A DNA stretch of 64,000 nt, taken from Patescibacteria group bacterium (GTDB taxonomy: Bacteria; Patescibacteriota; Minisyncoccia; Phycocordibacterales; JAACPR01). Positions 39,920 to 47,430 of this stretch are shown here, in pieces. The number at the start of each line of letters is the position of its first letter. Position 1 is the stretch's first letter. The notes under the pieces were generated by a model. That model did not search any database and was not told the DNA's origin. It saw only the letters and a list, made by a program, of their open reading frames with translations. The translations under genes and the position numbers were made by a program. The stretch is from positions 370,171-434,170 of the forward strand of contig JAKLEX010000001.1 in the NCBI GenBank assembly GCA_022711495.1, written 5' to 3'.

Positions 39920-41209
39920 TTAGATGGAATACCTAACAACTACAATACCCGAGCCACCATTTCCGCCATTTTGTGTATACCCACCTCCTCCTCCGCCACC
40001 GCCAGTATTTGACTCACCGTTTGAAACTTCGGCTCCATCATACTGGCCACCCTGGCCACCGCCGCCCAAACCGCCATCACCATATTCAACCGTATTTGAA
40101 TCTGTACCACCGCCTCCGCCACCGCCATAATAAGTGGCTACACCGGTAATGCTAGAGGAGATTCCATCTCCACCGTCTCCTCCACCGGCATCATATAGAG
40201 CAGAGTCGCCTATTTCTCCAGCGCCTCCTCCCCCTCCGCCAGAGCCTATGCCAGGGGCGGAGTTACCACTTCCGCCATCATTTCCTTGCGCCGGAGCAAC
40301 TTCTGGAGTATTACCCAACCCACCACTGCCGCTTGAATGAGCGCCCCCGCCACCAGAACCGCCATTGCCACCATCACTATCGCCATAGCCACCACCATAC
40401 CCTCCACCCGCGGCACTGGTTGTGTCAAAAAGACTTGCACTACCGGCATTTCCTCTGGCATCTTCAACTATCGCGCCAGCTCCTCCATCACCAATTGTTA
40501 CGGAATAGTCACCGGCATCTAGAGATTCACCATCTAATTCTATGACGCCGCCACCGCCGCCACCGCCAGCAGCATGTCTTCCTCCCCCGCCACCGCCACC
40601 AACAACCAAGATATCAGCAGTTAGAGTGGTAAGAGCGGTAAATGTATCATCGGAAGTAAATGTGTGGACACAGTACGAGCCGTCTTCGGTAACAGTTCCG
40701 CCAGTAGCATAATCGGCACAGGCATCCTCCCCTCCACCCTCTTCTTCAACCAATGAAGTTGAAGTTCCAATGACAACGCCGCCTAATCCTTGTTCTTTTG
40801 AACCTGGAGCAATCAGAGCCAGCTTATTGCCAGTCTGAAGAGCTATTTCGTAATTACCACCATTTGGATTTTCTGGTAGAGCTGAAAGATAAGTTGGAAC
40901 TAGCTCAGCTGAAAGATCAACGCAATCTGGTTCTACTGTATCACCACCGGTATCGCAGATTTCTTGGAGACTGCCATCTAATCCATCCGGCCAGTCTAGT
41001 TCGTCTATATAGTATTGTTGGACAGCTTTATGAATAGCATTTAAATCACTGGCTCTTTGAGCGTTTCTGGCTTGAGCTAGTTGTCTAGAAGGATTGATGG
41101 CCACGATAACGATCGCTGCCAAAATGGCGATAATGGCGATGACCAGAAGCATTTCCAGGAGAGTGAAACCTTTTTGAGTATTTCGTTTCGATAATTGAAA
41201 GAAAGACAT
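39920..41209 (-). CDS. Type IV pilin-like protein (class III signal/N-methylation motif) with very long glycine-rich C-terminal domain
   Basis: N-terminus MSFFQLSKRNTQKGFTLLEMLLVIAIIAILAAIVIVAI is the prepilin cleavage/methylation motif plus hydrophobic alpha1 helix. A ~120-aa pilin-like head is followed by ~270 aa dominated by poly-Gly tracts (GGGGGGG…), ending …GGSGIVVVRYSI. Confidence 0.7.
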   Translation of the reverse strand: MSFFQLSKRNTQKGFTLLEMLLVIAIIAILAAIVIVAINPSRQLAQARNAQRASDLNAIHKAVQQYYIDELDWPDGLDGSLQEICDTGGDTVEPDCVDLSAELVPTYLSALPENPNGGNYEIALQTGNKLALIAPGSKEQGLGGVVIGTSTSLVEEEGGGEDACADYATGGTVTEDGSYCVHTFTSDDTFTALTTLTADILVVGGGGGGGRHAAGGGGGGGVIELDGESLDAGDYSVTIGDGGAGAIVEDARGNAGSASLFDTTSAAGGGYGGGYGDSDGGNGGSGGGGAHSSGSGGLGNTPEVAPAQGNDGGSGNSAPGIGSGGGGGGAGEIGDSALYDAGGGDGGDGISSSITGVATYYGGGGGGGTDSNTVEYGDGGLGGGGQGGQYDGAEVSNGESNTGGGGGGGGYTQNGGNGGSGIVVVRYSI

Positions 41210-41361
41210 ATAGATAACTTATTGTTATGAACCGACTTATAAAGTTTGATGTAGATATTATACTATGGGGAGAAAAAAAATAAAGTAAGTATTGTGAGTC
41301 TATTTTTGGGTTTGAATTTAGCGGTTGTTCGTGTAATATTAATAACAGGTAAATTTGTAAA

Positions 41362-41444
41362 GCGCGGGTGGCGGAATTGGCAGACGCACTTGCCTTAGGA
41401 GCAAGCGAGGTTCCCTCGTGGAGGTTCAAGTCCTCTCCCGCGCA
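41362..41444 (+). tRNA. tRNA-Leu (anticodon TAG), type II
   Basis: Acceptor GCGCGGG/CCCGCGC, anticodon stem CTTGC/GCAAG with loop CTTAGGA, variable arm CGAGGTTCCCTCGTG, T arm GGAGGTTCAAGTCCTCT. Confidence 0.8.
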
Positions 41445-41520
41445 CAAATAAACAAAGAACGTCAGCTCAAGGGCGAGCCGGCGTTTTTTGTTTTTGTGGT
41501 ATTTCTATCTGGTGCCGTAG

Positions 41521-41551
41521 TTGACAAACCGACATTATTCGTGATATAATT
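41521..41551 (+). promoter_or_regulatory. Consensus sigma70-type promoter (TTGACA, 18-nt spacer, TATAAT) upstream of the GC-rich cassette; RBS AAGGAGAAGG precedes the ATG at 41616
   Basis: Sequence gTTGACAaaccgacattattcgtgaTATAATtc read directly. Perfect -35 and -10 hexamers. Confidence 0.5.
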
Positions 41552-41615
41552 CATGCAGATTCAGAGACCCGAGCTTTAAAAGCTCAAAACAACAGTACAT
41601 TGAAAGGAGAAGGTT

Positions 41616-42707
41616 ATGAACGTCATTGGAGCTTGGATGATTGCGGGATGCATTGGAATTCTGGCGATTTTTTCGGCCCTCGTGGGCGTCGTCAAGGTTA
41701 AGGAAAATAAGCCAGTGGAACAACTGTCGCGCTGGACCTGGTTTGTCCTGTCGCGGTTGTTTGTTGGTGCCCTCGCCTATGCGGCGACCATCAATATTCT
41801 GGCAACTTTTTCCGATTCAGATCCAAACTGGGCTTGGTATTTCGGTGGGATCTTGGTCGGCCTAAGCGTTTTCGCCCTGATGATCGAATTGACGCACAAG
41901 TCTGCGCTCTTTCGATTGGCAGGTAATAAATTCGCGCTGGCCACCGATATCTTCTTTGGACGAAGGGCAACTTTCATCCGTGAAGATATGGATTGTGCCA
42001 TTCGGACTTACCGGATCTATCTCGGTGGTCTGAATGCCAAGTTCGACTGGGAGATCGTTGAAATCGTCGACGAATTCAATCGTGATGTGATCGACACGAT
42101 CTCCTCAACGGTAGAATTCGAAGACTCGCCGGGGCTACTCTCTGGTAAGTATACGCTAAGACCCGATCCGGAGAGATTGCAGTACTTCGCTGCGACGAAT
42201 GTCGATACCGCAAAAAGAGATGCTCTCCTAAAGGAGGCTTTTGGCGGCTACGTAAGAATGTACTTGAGTGATTTTCTCAAGACAAAAAAAATCGACGGGG
42301 CCATGGCCACTAAGGGCACCCTGTTCGACGAACTCCCTGAATCTGTCAAAACAGAGCTCCGACGCCAGGAAGAAAAGTACGGGGTCAAGTTAAACACCCG
42401 TATCATCGACAACATTGACTATCCGCCAGAACTGGCGAAGGTCAATGAGCAAATATCGGTGATGGCGCGGATACGAGAGATGGTTAACTTCCAGCTAGAG
42501 AGCTGGGGTAAGACCAAGGAGCAGATCGAGGGTAAGGCTGATCGGGGAAATGTCACGCCCGAAGAGCGGAAAGAAGCGGAAAGACTGGTGTTGGCGATTA
42601 CCGAACAGGTTCCGGAAAGGACACTTCGGCACATCATCGATGGGCGTCTCGACAGCAAAACGGCTGGCAAGATTATCCTGGGCATCAATAGCGGAAAGGA
42701 GGAATGA
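41616..42707 (+). CDS. Polytopic membrane protein with C-terminal SPFH/band-7-like region (tentative); GC-rich, probably horizontally acquired
   Basis: Three N-terminal hydrophobic helices. The C-terminal segment …GVKLNTRIIDNIDYPPELAKVNEQISVMARIREMV resembles the SPFH core (…GI.V..V.I.DI..P.EV..AM…). Codon composition is visibly GC-richer than the flanking genome. Confidence 0.45.
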   Translation: MNVIGAWMIAGCIGILAIFSALVGVVKVKENKPVEQLSRWTWFVLSRLFVGALAYAATINILATFSDSDPNWAWYFGGILVGLSVFALMIELTHKSALFRLAGNKFALATDIFFGRRATFIREDMDCAIRTYRIYLGGLNAKFDWEIVEIVDEFNRDVIDTISSTVEFEDSPGLLSGKYTLRPDPERLQYFAATNVDTAKRDALLKEAFGGYVRMYLSDFLKTKKIDGAMATKGTLFDELPESVKTELRRQEEKYGVKLNTRIIDNIDYPPELAKVNEQISVMARIREMVNFQLESWGKTKEQIEGKADRGNVTPEERKEAERLVLAITEQVPERTLRHIIDGRLDSKTAGKIILGINSGKEE

Positions 42708-43279
42708 TTATGGTCGAGCCTACCATTCGTAGCGTTGATAAGCGGACGATCCGTCTTTTCGTCTGGGCACCCCTCGGAGTGATCTTGGCGATAGTCGTCC
42801 TGATCACCGGCTATGTCCATCGGAGAGAAATCTCCGAGTGGATAACCGAGCTTGCTCGGGAAAAAACGGAGACGCGGCAACCTGTGGCAACACAGCCAGT
42901 CGCGCCTCAAAACCAGACGTCAGTCCCCCACCTGCGAGTCTACAACCTCGTACCGGGCGGAGACCACGTTTCGGTTCTATTCCGTGATTCCGAGAACGAT
43001 GCCCTCGCCTGGTACGGCGATGGCGGTTGTTACCAGGTTCGATACATTAAGCAAGACGGAATGACCTGGAACGCACCGGGCTGTATGCCGGGTGGTTGGA
43101 TCTGGGCAATCCCAGGAATCCATTGGCAAACGGTTTACCAATGGATTGGGGAACCGCTGGCCATACAGTTCAGGGTTCCGGCAACCAGGATAGAAAAGTC
43201 CTGGGGACGCAGGGTTGAGAAACCCTGCGCGCCAGTGACGCTTCACGTATCGCTGAAACCGATACGAGATCCGTCCTGA
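42704..43279 (+). CDS. Hypothetical membrane-anchored protein (1 TM plus Trp/Gly/Cys-rich ~140-aa domain), translationally coupled to the upstream gene
   Basis: ATGA overlap with the preceding ORF. TM helix FVWAPLGVILAIVVLITGYV. No recognisable family. GC-rich like its partner. Confidence 0.45.
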   Translation: MIMVEPTIRSVDKRTIRLFVWAPLGVILAIVVLITGYVHRREISEWITELAREKTETRQPVATQPVAPQNQTSVPHLRVYNLVPGGDHVSVLFRDSENDALAWYGDGGCYQVRYIKQDGMTWNAPGCMPGGWIWAIPGIHWQTVYQWIGEPLAIQFRVPATRIEKSWGRRVEKPCAPVTLHVSLKPIRDPS

Positions 43280-43302
43280 CAACAAAACGACAAGTAGTAA
43301 CC

Positions 43303-43338
43303 CAAAAGGCTCCGAGAGAGATTCCCGGAGCCTTTTTT
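43303..43338. terminator. Rho-independent terminator (bidirectional hairpin between the convergent cassette and pilin-array operons)
   Basis: aaaaGGCTCCGagagagattcCCGGAGCCtttttt: GC stem flanked by an A-tract and a T-tract. Confidence 0.7.
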
Positions 43339-43411
43339 ATTTTGACCCTACTTCAATCTGTGGAGAGTGAGTTATGAGACTATCAAATCTCCCGCCCTAA
43401 TTTTATCCGTC

Positions 43412-43657
43412 TTATCCGTAAATTGTATCCAGGGCCAATTTGATTATGCCGAAAACCGATACCATGATCAGCATTCCGATGAGCCCCCAGATTATGTGGC
43501 GGCGACCAGTTTCTCGAGCTTCTGGATTGCTAGCGCCCTTGATATAGTTGAAAATTCCCCACAAGAAAACAACCAGGGCTACGGCAAAAAGCAACCTTAT
43601 CAAGGGGTTAACAATAACAGAGGCGATCTTTGACAGAAAACTGTCTACTGACGACAT
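43412..43657 (-). CDS. VirB2/TrbC-like (T4SS-pilin-like) small two-helix membrane protein, paralog 1 of 6
   Basis: 81 aa. Hydrophobic helix, then …FLWGIFNYIKGASNPEARETGRRHIIWGLIGMLIMVSVFG…, the two-TM hairpin with charged loop shared by all six paralogs. Confidence 0.6.
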   Translation of the reverse strand: MSSVDSFLSKIASVIVNPLIRLLFAVALVVFLWGIFNYIKGASNPEARETGRRHIIWGLIGMLIMVSVFGIIKLALDTIYG

Positions 43658-43689
43658 AGAAGTATTTTAAGACTATTCCCAATTCTACT

Positions 43690-44028
43690 TTAGTTTGGAA
43701 TACCAGGAACATTAATTCCGCTTGTTCCGCCAGCATCAATATCCAAGGTGTCGCTTAGTAATTCAACCAATCCCCAGACAGAAACCATGACGAATAGAAC
43801 AATAATTCCGTAAATCATCACGTATCTGGCCTCCTTTCTCTTGTCATCATCCGTGGCAATAATGTATTGCAAAATTCCCCAGATGAAAACGATGACGGCG
43901 ATACCAATAACCAAAGGAATAAGAGCATCAATAATTGACTTGATCTTATCAATCACCCCTTCTATTCCGCTGGCCGCCAAAGCGACTACTGGAAACAAAG
44001 AAACCGCTAAACCTGAAATATATTTCAT
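43690..44028 (-). CDS. VirB2/TrbC-like (T4SS-pilin-like) small membrane protein, paralog 2 of 6 (with signal peptide)
   Basis: Signal peptide MKYISGLAVSLFPVVALAAS. Core …FIWGILQYIIATDDDKRKEARYVMIYGIIVLFVMVSVWGLVELL. Confidence 0.6.
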   Translation of the reverse strand: MKYISGLAVSLFPVVALAASGIEGVIDKIKSIIDALIPLVIGIAVIVFIWGILQYIIATDDDKRKEARYVMIYGIIVLFVMVSVWGLVELLSDTLDIDAGGTSGINVPGIPN

Positions 44029-44135
44029 AATTATAATCTTTAAATTTAAAAACTATTAATTAAACGATTAATAGCTATACGAGTATTATACATCAAAAGC
44101 CCAGTTAAAAACACAAGGTCCTGTGGATTTAAAAA

Positions 44136-44399
44136 CTAATAGGTAATCTGCGGAATACCGAAATTAAAGCCAAAACTATTGCTTAACATCTGGAGAATTC
44201 CCCAGACAGAAGTCATGACAAATAGCCCAATTATTCCGGCTATAATATAAGAAATGCTCTCTTTTCTCTTGTTTTCATCGTCAGAATTGAAGATATAAGC
44301 TATCAGGCCGTAAACAAAGACAAATAGAGATAGCGCGATAATGACCGTCACGATCTTGTTGCTGTAAGTTATAAGACGATTTATTAGTGTCGCGAACAT
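44136..44399 (-). CDS. VirB2/TrbC-like (T4SS-pilin-like) small membrane protein, paralog 3 of 6
   Basis: Core …FVYGLIAYIFNSDDENKRKESISYIIAGIIGLFVMTSVWGILQML. Confidence 0.6.
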   Translation of the reverse strand: MFATLINRLITYSNKIVTVIIALSLFVFVYGLIAYIFNSDDENKRKESISYIIAGIIGLFVMTSVWGILQMLSNSFGFNFGIPQITY

Positions 44400-44404
44400 G
44401 TTTA

Positions 44405-44710
44405 TTATTTTAATATTAAATTTTGTACTGATTGAGTTTGTGAGTTGGTAATATTGGCATCAGTAATACCCAGAGTTCCCTTCACCAGGGCGACCAAACC
44501 CCAAACAGAGACCATGACGAACAAAGTTATCAGCCCAAAGATTATGACCTTGGTTGAACTTTGTCGACTCTCCGCGTCTTTTGATACAACATATTTGAAA
44601 ATCCCATATATAAAAGCTAAAGTCGCAATGCTAATCAACAGACCCATCAAGCCAGATGAGCCGCCGCTACCGGAAAGAAAATTGATGATTTTACTTAATA
44701 GATTGTCCAT
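44405..44710 (-). CDS. VirB2/TrbC-like (T4SS-pilin-like) small membrane protein, paralog 4 of 6
   Basis: Core …FIYGIFKYVVSKDAESRQSSTKVIIFGLITLFVMVSVWGLVALV. Confidence 0.6.
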   Translation of the reverse strand: MDNLLSKIINFLSGSGGSSGLMGLLISIATLAFIYGIFKYVVSKDAESRQSSTKVIIFGLITLFVMVSVWGLVALVKGTLGITDANITNSQTQSVQNLILK

Positions 44711-44716
44711 GTGTTT

Positions 44717-45103
44717 TTAACTTTGGAGACCCTCAACTCCCAATTCCCCGGCGGTTTCTATGATGATATTGCTGATGGCCTGTGCGCCCAACAATACAAT
44801 CGCGCCAATAACCGTCCAGAAAAAGACGCTTTTGGCTTTTCTGATTGCCTCTTCGTTGCCCTGCGCGGTGACGAATAAGAATCCGGCGTAAATTATGGCC
44901 AAGACCACAAAGATGGCGCCAACTTTGGCGAAGACGCCTAGAATAACTCCCACTAGTTGTTGTAAGCTGCCAACTTTTGAGATCGGGTTTTGCAAACCGC
45001 TACTGCCGGCCGGGGTCTGAACACTACCATCTTGAGCGAGAACAATGCTCGGTAACAATCCCGAGACAAAAGTCGTAAGCGAATATTTTAAGTATCTGAA
45101 CAT
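44717..45103 (-). CDS. VirB2/TrbC-like (T4SS-pilin-like) membrane protein, paralog 5 of 6 (longer, with signal peptide)
   Basis: Signal peptide MFRYLKYSLTTFVSGLLPSIVLA. Core …LAIIYAGFLFVTAQGNEEAIRKAKSVFFWTVIGAIVLLGAQAISNIII matches the Gram-positive/CPR T4SS-pilin consensus as I recall it (…GGFQYITSAGD..K…A…IGLV…). The ORF track starts at 45154; I trimmed to the internal Met. Confidence 0.6.
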   Translation of the reverse strand: MFRYLKYSLTTFVSGLLPSIVLAQDGSVQTPAGSSGLQNPISKVGSLQQLVGVILGVFAKVGAIFVVLAIIYAGFLFVTAQGNEEAIRKAKSVFFWTVIGAIVLLGAQAISNIIIETAGELGVEGLQS

Positions 45104-45116
45104 GTTAATGGTTTTA

Positions 45117-45506
45117 TTATCTAATAAATTTGTTATACAGCGACACGATATCACCTTTCAAGCCAAACGCGGCGGCGATTAAATCAACAATCAAGAAACT
45201 GCCAACGGCTAGTAGAAAGCCTATTAGTATGTTTGAGAAAACCGAATGAGCCTTTGAGATTTTGCCCGAATCGCCGCCAGCCGACAGATATAAAAATCCA
45301 GCCCAAGCAAAGCCGATGGCCGATAGAACCATTCCTAATTTCAGGACATAGGCGATAACATCGCGGATCATCTGCCCTAGAGCGTAAAAGTTACATTTTT
45401 CTGGATCAGTACATGGAACAAGGCCGGCCGAGGCGATGTTCACCCAAAAAATAAACAACGCCAGGACAAATGTGGAGGCCAAAACTGTTTTTAAAAGCGA
45501 TTTCAT
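45117..45506 (-). CDS. VirB2/TrbC-like (T4SS-pilin-like) membrane protein, paralog 6 of 6 (with signal peptide and Cys pair)
   Basis: Signal peptide, then a CTDPEKC pair. Core …SAIGFAWAGFLYLSAGGDSGKISKAHSVFSNILIGFLLAVGSFLIV. Confidence 0.6.
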   Translation of the reverse strand: MKSLLKTVLASTFVLALFIFWVNIASAGLVPCTDPEKCNFYALGQMIRDVIAYVLKLGMVLSAIGFAWAGFLYLSAGGDSGKISKAHSVFSNILIGFLLAVGSFLIVDLIAAAFGLKGDIVSLYNKFIR

Positions 45507-46804
45507 TCAAATAAAGTTAATAGCTCGGCGCTGGCCCGGTCAACTGCGGCAGAAACATTCTGAAAACCAGACACCACTGATTCTATCATCTTTTTAAAGA
45601 TATTGTCAGTCTCTTCCCTATCTGGATCAAGAAAGATTTTTGATATTAGGGCCGAGCGGCGGAAAACATCCATATATGAAAGTGACGAGAAATTTTCATC
45701 AATATCTCGGCGAACCGGCGCGATTTGTAGAACGTTTGAAAGTATCTTAATGGCTTCCGGACTAGTTATCTTGACTAGGGTTGTGAAGGCATTAGAGATG
45801 TTCTGTGACCGACTTAAAATGGCGGCAAATTGCATCTTGCCGATCGTTGAATTGGCTATGCTTGACCTTGATTGAGGCAAGACGGAAACATCAAAATTTA
45901 GATTCGGATTTTTTTGTAATAATTGTCTCCTTTCATCGGCAAAACCGAAGTAAAAAGCTAAATCGCCAGCAATGAAAGCTTCCTCTGAATTTGGCATGGC
46001 CTTATTCCAAGAATAGACATCTTTTGTCGGATTGGAGAATTGGGCATAGAAATTAAGCGCCGTGTCGGCTGGCCGCAAGGTAAAACCAAACTGATCAGAA
46101 AGGGCCGAATAATATTTCTTCTTAACCGGATCGCGGAAAATCACATTATTGCCGGCCTGTTGAATCAAAGAGAGCAAAATGTCTTTGGCGGATTTGATGT
46201 TATCGTACTCGCCGAAAGCGACGGCCGAGCGGCTAATGTTACCTTTTGAATCTTTCTTGACGATCCTCGGAACCAAAGAAAGAAAATCATCCCAATATTT
46301 TGGAGAAGCGGTAATGCCTTCGTTGTTTAAAATTGTTCGATTCCAATACAAAACAAGCGGATTTATGGCAATCGGGAATCCTAAAAGTCCATCTTCGCGC
46401 AACAAGACCTCAGACGCCTCTATAAAATTATCTTTGAATTGCTTTTGGGTGTAATAGTCATAGCCGATCAAAAATAGTTTATTTTCGTGCTTCAAGAGCG
46501 TGTCATCGGTCAAAAAGACCGCGTCCGGCGCCGTATCCGACGCCAGGGCCTCTATCAATTCCTGTTCAAAAACACCCTCGTCAAATTCCTGATAGATGAT
46601 ATTGACTGAATTTTTCTCCAGAGAATTCATCTCTTCTTGAAATTGGGCGATGGCTTCCGCCGGTAAAGTTCCCCAGATTTTCACCGGCGCCGACACTTGC
46701 TGATTTTTACTTTTTTGGGCAGCAAAGACAATTACGCCGGCGACAATTATCACGACCATGACTCCCAACAAAATTATTTGAAACAAAGAAAGTTTTTTAT
46801 TCAT
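45503..46804 (-). CDS. Membrane-anchored extracellular solute-binding-fold protein (ABC-type SBP family 1-like), no cognate permease or ATPase nearby
   Basis: N-terminal TM anchor, then …VKIWGTLPAE…NSVNIIYQEF…LASDTAPDAVFLTDD… resembling sugar-type SBPs. ATGA-type overlaps with both the upstream methyltransferase and the downstream pilin paralog 6. Confidence 0.55.
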   Translation of the reverse strand: MNKKLSLFQIILLGVMVVIIVAGVIVFAAQKSKNQQVSAPVKIWGTLPAEAIAQFQEEMNSLEKNSVNIIYQEFDEGVFEQELIEALASDTAPDAVFLTDDTLLKHENKLFLIGYDYYTQKQFKDNFIEASEVLLREDGLLGFPIAINPLVLYWNRTILNNEGITASPKYWDDFLSLVPRIVKKDSKGNISRSAVAFGEYDNIKSAKDILLSLIQQAGNNVIFRDPVKKKYYSALSDQFGFTLRPADTALNFYAQFSNPTKDVYSWNKAMPNSEEAFIAGDLAFYFGFADERRQLLQKNPNLNFDVSVLPQSRSSIANSTIGKMQFAAILSRSQNISNAFTTLVKITSPEAIKILSNVLQIAPVRRDIDENFSSLSYMDVFRRSALISKIFLDPDREETDNIFKKMIESVVSGFQNVSAAVDRASAELLTLFE

Positions 46805-47331
46805 GAGGTTCTAAATATCATTCCATAATGGTGATCGCCAACTTTAATATCTCTGTCAAATTTGAATCCGGCGTTTTCAAACATCGTTCTGGCCACGTCG
46901 GGTCTTATAACCACATCGGGGCTGGGGCCGATTCCGCCGAATGAGTCCGTCCAATCTATAACCAAAATTTTTCCGCTTTTTGGATTAAGAATTCTTTTGG
47001 CTTCGGCCACGAAGGATTCTGGCTTTTCCAATTGAAACAAAGTATTGACGACAACCGCCCGATCAACGGAGAAATCTCGCAAAGTTGTTCCTTTCAATTC
47101 GTCTAAATCGCCCCAAATTATTTCAACGTTGTGTAGACCGCGGTTTTCAGCTTCGGTTTTAAGCTTATTTAACAAGTCTTTCTGGACATCAACGGAATAG
47201 ACTTTCCCACCCGGGCCAACTTTTTCCGATAATATAAAAGTATAAAAACCCGTGCCTGATCCAAGGTCGGCCACGGTCATTCCAGGATCAATATGAAATT
47301 GTTCTAGATTTGTTGCCGGATCTGAAAACAT
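46801..47331 (-). CDS. Small class I SAM-dependent methyltransferase (176 aa)
   Basis: Motif I VADLGSGTGFYT with an acidic residue after beta2 (VYSVDVQ). First gene of the pilin-array operon. Confidence 0.7.
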   Translation of the reverse strand: MFSDPATNLEQFHIDPGMTVADLGSGTGFYTFILSEKVGPGGKVYSVDVQKDLLNKLKTEAENRGLHNVEIIWGDLDELKGTTLRDFSVDRAVVVNTLFQLEKPESFVAEAKRILNPKSGKILVIDWTDSFGGIGPSPDVVIRPDVARTMFENAGFKFDRDIKVGDHHYGMIFRTS

Positions 47332-47430
47332 TGGTTCAATTATACATCAAATCCTTTCAGGCAAGTAGGGCAATTACTCACAGCGCTTATAAGTTGACGC
47401 CGATGAAACATTTGCAAGATTTAGGAACGT

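Noticed and set aside
39924-40545. Pro-rich (PPPPPPP), His-rich (HHHYRHSHHH) and other ORFs inside the Gly-rich pilin gene
   Set aside because: These are frame or strand artefacts of GGN-repeat DNA (antisense CCN gives Pro). The pilin frame alone has a start, a class III signal peptide and a coherent domain order.
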